Assembly (NCBI GenBank): GCA_028713345.1
Contig: JAQTOM010000002.1
Span: 1 to 39,374 of the forward strand
Direction: 5' to 3'
DNA: 39,374 nt
DNA from: Gallionellaceae bacterium
Lineage (GTDB): Bacteria; Pseudomonadota; Gammaproteobacteria; Burkholderiales; Gallionellaceae
The notes below the pieces were generated by a model, which did not search any database, was not told the DNA's origin, and saw only the letters and a list, made by a program, of their open reading frames with translations. Below, one piece after another: positions 1 to 7,467 of the stretch; position 1 is the first letter of the stretch; each line of letters opens with the position of its first letter. A program made the translations under genes and the position numbers.

Positions 1-1774
1 AGGGCTGGCACAGGGCATGACATATTTTTTCGGCAACCACCATGGCATCCTGCTCCGTTTCGATGGTCGGCAGCAGCACGATGAATTCGTCGCCGCCTAT
101 GCGCGCGGCAGTATCCGATTCGCGCATACCTTCCTGCAAGCGCCTGGCCACTTCCTTAAGCAGCAGGTCGCCGATGTCGTGGCCGAATTTGTCGTTGACT
201 GGCTTGAAGTTGTCCAGGTCAACAAACATCAGCGCCATGCGCGTTCTATCGCGTCTGGCCTTGGCAAGCGCCTGTCGGATGCGGTCGGTGATCAGTATCC
301 GGTTGGGCAGGTCGGTGAGCACATCGTAGTGCGCCAGATAATGTGCTTGTTCCTCCGCCTGTTTGCGTCCGGTCACATCGTTGTAGATCGCCACGATCTC
401 GCCGCGGCGCAGCTTGAACACGTAATTTTCGCGCCAGCCGCTGATACGGCCGTCATGGTAAAAAGAAACCGGGCATTTTTCCGCCACGCCGCTTTGCCAG
501 ACGCGCCGGAATGTCTCGAGCATGCCCATTTCCGAGATGCCCGGAAAGGCCTCCGTCACGTCCCTGCCGATCACCTCCTCGCGGTTTACTTTTTCGATGT
601 GTTCCGCCGCAGGGTTGAAATCGGTAATGGTGAAATCACGTCCGTCCGGCGACGCGCGATACACCGCAACTCCGCTGTTCAGGTGCTCGAACATTTCCTT
701 CAATTTTGCCTCGTTTTCTGCCAGGGATTCTGCCGTTCGCAGGGTGCGTTGCTGGTCGCGCGCCAGCAGCCAGGCGAGCAGCGTCAGCAACAGGCTCACG
801 CCGCTGGCGGCATTCGCGACGATCTGCGGCTTTTCCCGGTCCAGCCGCGCCTCGAAGGCGGGCAGCGAGTGGAGCACCATCGTCCAGCGACGGTCGTCGA
901 CCTCGACAGGCCGCGTGGCGCGGAAGAGCGGGCGCAACTCGGCGGCATGGGAGTCGTGCAACAGGGTGCTGCCGGAGATCTCGCCGCCATCGTAGATCTC
1001 GATGTCGAATTCAGCGGCATGCTCCCCGAGCACCTCGTCTATCAGATCGTCCATGCGGAATACCGAACTGATCCAGCCGGTGAGGTTGGCGCGGCGCTCC
1101 TCGATCGTGTCGAGCGCCGCGCCGTTGCGGTAGATGGGCAGAAACATCACGAAGCCGGTCTGGGCATCCCGATCGTTCTCGAATACCAGCCTGATCTTGC
1201 CGGAGGAGGTACCCTCGCCCGAATCGCGCGCCTGCTCCATCGCGGCGCGACGCTCCCCGACGGAGCCTCCGGGCAGGGGAGATTCGCGGTCGGAGTACAT
1301 GTCATAGCCGAAGGCGCGCCGGTTGCGCATGTCGAACGGTTCGATGTAAGCCACCGGGGCGTAGGACTCGCGCCTGCCCTCCGGCCAGATGGTGTAGGAG
1401 GGAAAGCCCTGCTTGCGTATGGCGGCGATATGCCGCTCCTTCTCGGCCAGCGGCACGTACTGGACGAAACGCAGTGCCTGAATGCCCGGATAATTTTCTT
1501 CGAGGCGCAGCGCGTTGACATATTCACGGAACTCGCCGCGCTCGACGTCGCGCGAAGCGGCAAACAACCCCTTCGCTCCGCGCATCACCTGTTCGTAGGC
1601 CGCCATGCGCTGCTCGACGCGCATTCTTGCCCCCTCCACGTGGGAATCAAAATCGGCCTGCAGTTCGCGCAGGGCCGCCTGCCGCGCGTCCTTCCACAAC
1701 AGATAGGTGACGCCGAGGGAAACGGCAAGAACCAGGAGCGGCAGAAAACGGCTGAGGCGCAATCTCGTCAACAT
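1..1774 (-). CDS. CHASE-PAS-GGDEF diguanylate cyclase (C-terminus runs off the window)
   Basis: Absent from the ORF track because it is edge-truncated. My reverse-complement translation from ATG 1774 gives MLTRLRLSRFLPLLVLAVSLGVTYLLW (signal anchor). It continues with a CHASE-like periplasmic region (YPGIQALRFVQYVP, ERRAAMEQARDSG), a second TM (ASGVSLLLTLLAWLLA), and a PAS-like segment (MFEHLNSGVAVYRASPDGRDFTITDFNPAAE). The GGDEF domain follows (HYDVLTDLPNR, FVDLDNFKPVNDKFGH, RIGGDEFIVLL; GGDEF codons at 83-97). The listed + ORF 17..1894 is the antisense artefact. An in-frame ATG at 1825 is an alternative start. Confidence 0.85.
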   Translation of the reverse strand, partial: MLTRLRLSRFLPLLVLAVSLGVTYLLWKDARQAALRELQADFDSHVEGARMRVEQRMAAYEQVMRGAKGLFAASRDVERGEFREYVNALRLEENYPGIQALRFVQYVPLAEKERHIAAIRKQGFPSYTIWPEGRRESYAPVAYIEPFDMRNRRAFGYDMYSDRESPLPGGSVGERRAAMEQARDSGEGTSSGKIRLVFENDRDAQTGFVMFLPIYRNGAALDTIEERRANLTGWISSVFRMDDLIDEVLGEHAAEFDIEIYDGGEISGSTLLHDSHAAELRPLFRATRPVEVDDRRWTMVLHSLPAFEARLDREKPQIVANAASGVSLLLTLLAWLLARDQQRTLRTAESLAENEAKLKEMFEHLNSGVAVYRASPDGRDFTITDFNPAAEHIEKVNREEVIGRDVTEAFPGISEMGMLETFRRVWQSGVAEKCPVSFYHDGRISGWRENYVFKLRRGEIVAIYNDVTGRKQAEEQAHYLAHYDVLTDLPNRILITDRIRQALAKARRDRTRMALMFVDLDNFKPVNDKFGHDIGDLLLKEVARRLQEGMRESDTAARIGGDEFIVLLPTIETEQDAMVVAEKICHALCQP

Positions 1775-1804
1775 GCGCGCAAGGTGCTGCGGTACGGGGT
1801 TAGC

Positions 1805-1813
1805 GGGGGGGGG
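1805..1813. repeat. G9 (C9 on the coding strand) homopolymeric tract at the 5' end of the cyclase gene
   Basis: Direct read: tagc-ggggggggg-attagc. It lies 31-39 nt upstream of ATG 1774. It falls inside the reading frame (Pro-Pro-Pro) if translation starts at ATG 1825. Confidence 0.9.
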
Positions 1814-1890
1814 ATTAGCTGCCATTTACAGGAATGCGGTGCGCTGCATCGTTTTGGTTGGGCGGATTTTTGTACACTTGTCGTCAAGGG

Positions 1891-2130
1891 CTAATCGGGT
1901 GCAATATCCCTTACGTCCGGATTGCTGCAAAATTTCTGGCCAAGAAAAGTAATGGCCCATCGACAATCTTTTTCAACCAGACACTCCGCCTTACATCCGT
2001 CTCTCGATACCTTGCACTTGCTGATGTCTACAATGAAGTCCGCTTGCTGTGCGTTTATGATTTTTTCTTGTTTGTCATCAAACAAGTTATGGCCGTTCTG
2101 ATTCATGGCCCTGTCCGGTTTGCCTGGCAT
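1891..2130 (-). CDS. hypothetical small cysteine-rich protein (possibly starting at ATG 2106, MNQNGHN...)
   Basis: A 79-aa ORF in otherwise unassigned, lower-GC DNA, divergent from the Crp/Fnr gene. Five Cys in the pattern C-x7-C-x3-C-x6-C-x11-C (KCKVSRDGCKAECLVEKDCRWAITFLGQKFC), loosely PAN/Apple-like. No recognisable family and no clear SD. Confidence 0.3.
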   Translation of the reverse strand: MPGKPDRAMNQNGHNLFDDKQEKIINAQQADFIVDISKCKVSRDGCKAECLVEKDCRWAITFLGQKFCSNPDVRDIAPD

Positions 2131-2326
2131 ATTTCAGAAAAACGCCGATTAAAAACGCCTCGTTATGGAATTCGCCATTCCTCACCCGTGGCTGAGCGTA
2201 ACAGATAAGCTTATTGTGTTCTGTGCGCGTGCGCACAGTATTGATTACCCCAATTCATTAAGATGCGTCGCATATCAAGCTTTCTCCATAGCGACCGGAG
2301 CCATTATCAAAGACGAAAGATTTCAA

Positions 2327-3040
2327 GTGCCGCATAGAGAACATAAGCCTAAACAGAATCATTTATTAGCTGCGTTGCCACCAGATGAATTCAGAACCCT
2401 GTCTTCCAAGTTTGAAGTGGTTCTGCTCCAAGCCGGAGAGATACTTGCGAAACCTGGTGAACGCCTGAGCTATCTTTATTTCCCGATGAATTGCTCCATC
2501 TCGCTCTATTACCATATGGCAAATGGAGAATCGGCAGAGATTGGCATGATTGGGAATGATGGCATGTTCAGTATTACTTCTATAATGAGTGGGAGCACAT
2601 TGCCTTACCAAACCATTATTGAAACCACGGGACACGCAATTCGGATAAGTATAGAAGTACTAAAAGACGAGTCCAGTCATGCCGAAGCACTACGGCGCAT
2701 ATTATTGCTTTATGCACAGGCAAGGCTGACCCAAATGGCGCAAACCGCAGTTTGCGGCAAGAAACACACGCTCGAGCAACATCTTTGCTTTCATTTGCTG
2801 CTGGTGCATGACAATTCACTTTCAGATGATTTCATTCTTACCCATGAATCCCTTGCCCACATGCTCGGTGTACGTCGTGAGGGTGTAACCAAAGCTGCCG
2901 GAAAGTTGCGCAGCAGCGGGCTGATTGATTACCAATGGGGACATATCAGGATAATTGATCGTGCCGGGCTGGAGGCTCAGTGTTGTGAATGCTACAAAGT
3001 AGTTAAAGGGGAGTTCAGGCGGTTGCTCAGTTACAAGTAG
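2327..3040 (+). CDS. Crp/Fnr-family transcriptional regulator (cNMP-binding-like domain plus C-terminal HTH)
   Basis: NHLLAALPPDEFRTLSSKFEVVLLQAGEILAKPGERLSYLYFPMNC is a cNMP-like beta-barrel. THESLAHMLGVRREGVTKAAGKLRSSGLI is the HTH. The C-terminal CECY motif is typical of one Crp subfamily. The ORF track opens at ATG 2165. The in-frame GTG at 2327 gives the usual length of about 237 aa, so the start is uncertain. Confidence 0.8.
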   Translation: MPHREHKPKQNHLLAALPPDEFRTLSSKFEVVLLQAGEILAKPGERLSYLYFPMNCSISLYYHMANGESAEIGMIGNDGMFSITSIMSGSTLPYQTIIETTGHAIRISIEVLKDESSHAEALRRILLLYAQARLTQMAQTAVCGKKHTLEQHLCFHLLLVHDNSLSDDFILTHESLAHMLGVRREGVTKAAGKLRSSGLIDYQWGHIRIIDRAGLEAQCCECYKVVKGEFRRLLSYK

Positions 3041-3143
3041 CAGCAGAAGGGTGAGTATCTTTTTACCCATCGCCGAACCGTTATCCGGCAAACCATGCGT
3101 GCCGTTTATTCGCCCCATAAAAGCGAAAAGGAAAATTCCGTAG

Positions 3144-3173
3144 CCGTCGTTCCCGCGCAGGCGGGAACGACGG
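3144..3173. terminator. perfect 13-bp-stem GC-rich hairpin between the convergent crp-like and cobT genes (REP/dRS3-like unit, probable bidirectional terminator)
   Basis: ccgtcgttcccgc-gcag-gcgggaacgacgg. On the minus strand it is followed by a T-rich stretch (aattttcctttt). It lies 5 nt beyond the cobT stop. Confidence 0.55.
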
Positions 3174-3177
3174 AAAA

Positions 3178-4236
3178 TCAAATTTTCCCTTGCACCCCCG
3201 CCTCCGCAAACGTCGCCATGTCGTTATGCAAGGCGCACGCCAGCCGAAGGATGGCCACGGCTGTCGCCGCGCCACTCCCCTCCCCCAGGCGCATGCCCAG
3301 ATTCAGCAGCGGCTCGGCCTGCATTGCTTCCAGCATCAGGATGTGCCCCGGCTCCGCCGAGCGATGCGCAAACAGCAGCCAACTCGCTACGCCGGGCTGG
3401 ATGCGCACGGCAAGCAAGGCTGCGACGGTGGAGATGTAGCCATCCGCCAGCACCGGAATGCCGCGTTGCGCGCAACTGATGAATGCGCCGGTGAGCGCCG
3501 CAATTTCGAAGCCGCCGAGACGGCGCAGCGCTTCCAGCGGCTCGCCCAGATGCGCCGCGTGCAGCGCCAGCGCGCGCGCCACGACCTCTGCCTTGCGCTG
3601 CACCCCGGCCTGGTCGAGGCCGGTGCCGGGGCCGGCGAGTTGTTGCGGCGACTTCTGCAACAGGGCGCAGGCCAAGGCCGCGGCCGCAGTGGTGTTGGCG
3701 ATGCCCATCTCGCCGCCGATGTAGAGTTGCGCGCCGGTTTTTTGCGCCTGCACGGCGCTGTCGCAGCCGGCCTGCAAGGCCGCCGCCAACTGGCTTTGCG
3801 TCATGGCGGCTGCGCGCGCGAAGTTGGCCGTGCCCTTGCCCAGATTGCATTGCAGCACGCCCGGCAATTCGCCGGTGTCGAAGGCGGTGCCGAGGTTGAC
3901 CACTTGCAGCGTGGCGCCGAGCTGTTTCGCCAGCACGCTGATCGCCGCGCCGCCGCGCGCGAAATTTTTCACCATCTCGGCGGTCACCGCCTGCGGGAAG
4001 GCCGACACGCCTTCCTCCGCCACGCCGTGGTCGCCCGCGAATATGCTGATGAATACTTTTTCTGCCCGCGGTTTTTCGCAGCCTTGCAGGGCGGCGAGCT
4101 GGATCGCTATCGCCTCCAGTTTGCCCAGCGAGCCGGGCGGCTTGGTCAGTTGTCCCTGACGCGCCTGTGCTGCGCTGCGTGCAGTTTCATTCGGAGCCTT
4201 TGTGGCTTGTGTCAGCCAATGCAAATTCGCAGTCAT
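3178..4236 (-). CDS. cobT: nicotinate-nucleotide--dimethylbenzimidazole phosphoribosyltransferase
   Basis: 352 aa. Motifs: [45 protein letters not shown]. Confidence 0.93.
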   Translation of the reverse strand: MTANLHWLTQATKAPNETARSAAQARQGQLTKPPGSLGKLEAIAIQLAALQGCEKPRAEKVFISIFAGDHGVAEEGVSAFPQAVTAEMVKNFARGGAAISVLAKQLGATLQVVNLGTAFDTGELPGVLQCNLGKGTANFARAAAMTQSQLAAALQAGCDSAVQAQKTGAQLYIGGEMGIANTTAAAALACALLQKSPQQLAGPGTGLDQAGVQRKAEVVARALALHAAHLGEPLEALRRLGGFEIAALTGAFISCAQRGIPVLADGYISTVAALLAVRIQPGVASWLLFAHRSAEPGHILMLEAMQAEPLLNLGMRLGEGSGAATAVAILRLACALHNDMATFAEAGVQGKI

Positions 4237-4246
4237 GATGTTTCAT

Positions 4247-4759
4247 TCAACCTTTCAAGTTAAGCGGCAAACCCGCCACCGTTAAAATTACCCGCTCACA
4301 GCATTGCGCCACGGCCTGATGCAAACGCCCCGCCTCGTCGCAATAACGCCGCGTCAATTCGCCCAGCGGTACGACGCCCATGCCGGTTTCATTGCTCACC
4401 AGAATGATTTGTCCGGGCAGGCCGGGCAGCACCTCCAGCAGCGCCGCCACTTCCTGCTGCAGCCGCACCTCGTCTTGCGTACACAACAGATTGGTCAGCC
4501 ACAGCGTCAGGCAATCCACCAGCACGCAGTGATTTTCTGCGGCATGGCGCTGCAATGCCGAAGCCAGCGCCAGCGGCTCTTCCACCAGTTGCCAGTGGCC
4601 GGGGCGTTGCGCCTGATGGTGCGCGACGCGCGCGCGCATCTCGTCGTCCTGCACCGTGGCAGTGGCCAGATAGATGACCGGCAAGCCGCTGGCCTGCGCG
4701 TGCTGCTCGGCCAGGCGGCTCTTGCCGGAACGCATGCCGCCCAATATCAATTCCTTCAT
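4247..4759 (-). CDS. cobU: bifunctional adenosylcobinamide kinase / adenosylcobinamide-phosphate guanylyltransferase
   Basis: MKELILGGMRSGKSRLAE (P-loop) and VLVDCLTLWLTNLL. The track start (4774) is a TTG. ATG 4759 is preceded by GAGAGGTG, a good SD. Confidence 0.92.
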   Translation of the reverse strand: MKELILGGMRSGKSRLAEQHAQASGLPVIYLATATVQDDEMRARVAHHQAQRPGHWQLVEEPLALASALQRHAAENHCVLVDCLTLWLTNLLCTQDEVRLQQEVAALLEVLPGLPGQIILVSNETGMGVVPLGELTRRYCDEAGRLHQAVAQCCERVILTVAGLPLNLKG

Positions 4760-4882
4760 GCGGACACCTCTCAAAATTCAGATTTCATCCCAACTGCTGC
4801 GTTACGAAAAAAATTTCTTGCTTACATATCATCCATATGCGGCGCTGCGAAATTTTTTCCGCGCCTTGCATTTGGGCGAACT

Positions 4883-6490
4883 CTAAATTTTCAGAGGTGC
4901 CCGTGTCTCTACTCCCAGCAATTGCAGGATGCGCGGCATATCCAGATGCGCTTCCAGCGTGTCGGCCAGGCGCTCCAGGTTCTGCTCGCGCAGGGCGTGG
5001 TAATCGAAGGCCTGCGGCGCCTGCAATCCGGCCCATTCCAGCAGCGCGCCGCAGGTCTGCGGTGACTCGAATACGCCGTGCAGGTAAGTCGCGATAATCT
5101 GTCCATCGGCGGAAATCGCGCCGTCGCTACGGCCATCGTCGAGTTGCGCGAAGGGGCGCTGCAAGGCGCTGCCCGCACTGATTCCGGCGTGGATTTCGTA
5201 GCCGCCCAGCGGCGCATCCGCCAGATGCAACCGCCCCTGCACGTTGTGCAATTGTTTGTGCGGCTGCAAGGTGGTGGCAAGATCCAGGTAGCCGAAACCC
5301 GCGCTGCCGCCCGGCGCGCCTTCGATGCCGTGCGGGTCGTGGATGGCCGTGCCGAGCATTTGCAGCCCGCCGCAGATGCCCATCAACTTGCCGCCATAAC
5401 GCAGATGCCGCGCCAGATAATTCCCCCAACCCTGCGCGCGCAGCCACTCCAGATCGGCGCGCACATTTTTGCTGCCGGGCAGGATGACCAGATCGGCATA
5501 ACCAGCGACTTGGCTGGCGTAGTTTGACTGCCTAGTCGAATGGCTAGTAGTTTCATCAGCGGGAATATTCTCGCCTAGGGCGACAAAATGGAATTCCACC
5601 TGTGGATGCAGGCGCAGCGGGTCGAAGTCGGTGTGGTTGCTGATGTGTGGGAGGGCGGGGACGACGATGCGCAACTTACCCTCTCCCCCAGCCCCTCTGA
5701 TGGAACTACTAGCCATTCGACTAGGCGGAAAATCCGCCAAGTCGCTGGTTATCCCGCAGGCGGGGAAGGGGAGAGAATCTTCCGCCTCCAGATGCAGGCC
5801 GTGCAAGTGCGGCAGCACGCCCAGCACCGGCTTGCCGGTATGCGCCTCCAGCCAGTCCAGGCCGGACTGCAACAGGGCGAGGTCGCCGCGAAAACGGTTG
5901 ATGATGAAGCCGCGCACACGCGCCTGCTCGCTCTCGCTCAACAGGGCCAGCGTGCCGACCAGATGGGCGAATACGCCGCCACGGTCGATGTCGGCCACCA
6001 GCAGCACCGGGCAATCCACCGCTTCGGCGAAGCCCATGTTGGCGATGTCGTTCGCGCGCAGGTTGATCTCGGCGGGTGAACCGGCGCCTTCCACCACGAT
6101 GATCTCGTATTGCGCCGCCAGACGCCGGTGCGAAGCCAGCACCGCCTCGCGTGCCACGTTCTTGTAGTCGTGATAGGCCGCAGCTTCCATGTTGCCGATG
6201 GCGCGCCCGTGGATGATGACCTGCGCGCCGGTATCGCTGTTGGGCTTGAGCAGCACGGGATTCATGTCGGTGTGCGCGGCCAGCCCAGCCGCCTGCGCCT
6301 GCACCGCCTGCGCGCGCCCGATTTCGCCGCCGTCCGCGGTGACCGCACTGTTGAGCGCCATGTTCTGCGGCTTGAACGGCGCTACACTCACGCCACGCCG
6401 TTTGAGCGCGCGGCACAGCCCCGCCGTGACGGTGCTCTTGCCCGCATCCGAAGTCGTGCCCTGGATCATCAAGGTGGTCGCTGCCTTCAC
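4883..6490 (-). CDS. cobQ: cobyric acid synthase (CobQ/CbiP), carrying two in-frame repeat-element insertions
   Basis: Motifs: [70 protein letters not shown]. At 535 aa it is about 45-50 aa longer than the roughly 485-490 aa I recall for the family. The excess maps to the repeat elements at 5498-5559 and 5679-5775. Confidence 0.93.
   Translation of the reverse strand: MKAATTLMIQGTTSDAGKSTVTAGLCRALKRRGVSVAPFKPQNMALNSAVTADGGEIGRAQAVQAQAAGLAAHTDMNPVLLKPNSDTGAQVIIHGRAIGNMEAAAYHDYKNVAREAVLASHRRLAAQYEIIVVEGAGSPAEINLRANDIANMGFAEAVDCPVLLVADIDRGGVFAHLVGTLALLSESEQARVRGFIINRFRGDLALLQSGLDWLEAHTGKPVLGVLPHLHGLHLEAEDSLPFPACGITSDLADFPPSRMASSSIRGAGGEGKLRIVVPALPHISNHTDFDPLRLHPQVEFHFVALGENIPADETTSHSTRQSNYASQVAGYADLVILPGSKNVRADLEWLRAQGWGNYLARHLRYGGKLMGICGGLQMLGTAIHDPHGIEGAPGGSAGFGYLDLATTLQPHKQLHNVQGRLHLADAPLGGYEIHAGISAGSALQRPFAQLDDGRSDGAISADGQIIATYLHGVFESPQTCGALLEWAGLQAPQAFDYHALREQNLERLADTLEAHLDMPRILQLLGVETRAPLKI
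5498..5559. repeat. hairpin repeat element, copy A (inverted relative to copy B), inside the cobQ frame
   Basis: ATAACCAGCGACTTGGC-n15-GCCTAGTCGAATGGCTAGTAGTT-tCATCAG. It contains an internal stem CGACTTGGC/GCCTAGTCG. It is translated on the minus strand as ...[23 protein letters not shown].... Confidence 0.85.
5679..5775. repeat. composite palindromic element, copy B: inner element (5697-5752) nested between GC-rich outer arms, inside the cobQ frame
   Basis: The reverse complement of 5704-5726 equals 5530-5552 exactly (23/23). The reverse complement of 5736-5752 equals 5498-5514 exactly (17/17). The outer arms CCCTCTCCCCCAGCCCCTC (5679-5697) and GGCGGGGAAGGGGAGAG (5759-5775) are imperfectly complementary. 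It is translated as ...[31 protein letters not shown].... Confidence 0.85.
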
Positions 6491-7467
6491 AAAATTTCAC
6501 CCAGGGCTGCGCGCAGCCTGCCCCAATCCGCTTCACTGCCGGGCAGGCCGAAACGCAGGCTATGCGGCTGCGCAAAGTAGCGCGTGAGTATGCCGCGCTG
6601 TGCCAATTGTCGATGGACGGCTGCGGCCTGCTTCGTTGGCGCCCATTGAAACAGCCCGCAACCCCCGGCGGGCGGCAATCCTGCTTCGCACAGCAATTGC
6701 GCGAGACGCACACCATCCTGCATCAGACGTTTGCGTGCTGCCGCCTGCCATGCACGGTCGCGCAGCGCGGCTTGCGCCACGAAGCGCGATGGGCCGGCCA
6801 CGCTCCACGGCCCCAATACAGCGTGCATGCGCGCCAGCAATTCGGTATGCGCCAGCACGAAGCCGATACGCGCCCCGGCCAGCCCGAAAAATTTTCCCAG
6901 CGAACGCAGCACGATCAAACCCGGCGGCATCTGCGGCTGTACGCAACTCGCCTGCGTGCTGGCTTCGATGAAAGCCTCGTCCACGACCAGCCAGCCGCCG
7001 CGTGCCGTCAGGCGCGCATGCCACTCGTGCAAATCTGCCGCAGAGAATAATGTGCCCGTAGGGTTGTTCGGCTGCATCAGCACCAGCACTTCGAGGCTGT
7101 CCACAGCGCCGGCAATTTCTTCTGCCGGCAACTGCACTACTTCGTGTCCGGTGCTGCGCCAGGCATGGCCGTGTTCGGTATAACCCGGATGCAGCACGCC
7201 CGCGCGGCAACGGTCGCGCAAGCGCGGTAGCAGTTGCAGCGCGGCTTGCGAGCCTGCCACGGGCAGCACATCGGGCGTGCCGTAATAAGCCGCCGCAGCT
7301 TCCATCAATCCGTCCTGCTCCTGCGGCAGGTGCGCCCAGGCATCCGGCGGAATCGGCGGCGGCTCGAAGGCTATCGGGTTGATGCCGGTGGACAGGTCCA
7401 GCCAATCCTCCAGCGCAATGCCGTAGCGCGCTGCGGCTGCGCGAGTCTGTCCGCCGTGTTCAAGCAT
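6487..7467 (-). CDS. cobD: L-threonine-O-3-phosphate decarboxylase (class-II aminotransferase fold)
   Basis: [48 protein letters not shown] (PLP-lysine region). The track ORF is extended upstream to 7620. The MLEHGG start overlaps the cbiB stop by 8 nt. The stop overlaps the cobQ ATG (ATGA). Confidence 0.87.
   Translation of the reverse strand: MLEHGGQTRAAAARYGIALEDWLDLSTGINPIAFEPPPIPPDAWAHLPQEQDGLMEAAAAYYGTPDVLPVAGSQAALQLLPRLRDRCRAGVLHPGYTEHGHAWRSTGHEVVQLPAEEIAGAVDSLEVLVLMQPNNPTGTLFSAADLHEWHARLTARGGWLVVDEAFIEASTQASCVQPQMPPGLIVLRSLGKFFGLAGARIGFVLAHTELLARMHAVLGPWSVAGPSRFVAQAALRDRAWQAAARKRLMQDGVRLAQLLCEAGLPPAGGCGLFQWAPTKQAAAVHRQLAQRGILTRYFAQPHSLRFGLPGSEADWGRLRAALGEIL

Noticed and set aside
17-1894. 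A 625-aa plus-strand ORF, and many similar long ORFs: 3190..4263+, 4304..5065+, 5721..6716-, 6560..7405-, 7520..8338+, 8569..9159+, 28998..30446-, 30013..31164-, 32293..33078-, 33700..34515-, 35253..36083-, 36721..37464-, 38395..39357-.
   Set aside because: All lie antisense to, or out of frame with, genes that have unambiguous conserved motifs. Their products are Arg/Ala/Gly/Pro-rich and low in complexity. This is the usual stop-codon-poor artefact of high-GC DNA.
2822-3181. A minus-strand 119-aa ORF beginning [13 protein letters not shown]..., and ORF 3081..3275-.
   Set aside because: The N-terminal peptide is simply the translation of the GC-rich terminator/REP hairpin at 3144-3173. The remainder is antisense to the Crp/Fnr gene.
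5560-5696. The segment between the two inverted cobQ repeat copies considered as a programmed invertible (phase-variable) switch.
   Set aside because: No invertase or recombinase gene is in the window. The present orientation gives an intact, conserved CobQ sequence. The repeats resemble hairpin-forming REP/MITE-type units rather than recombinase sites. I keep this only as a low-probability alternative to be tested with long reads.
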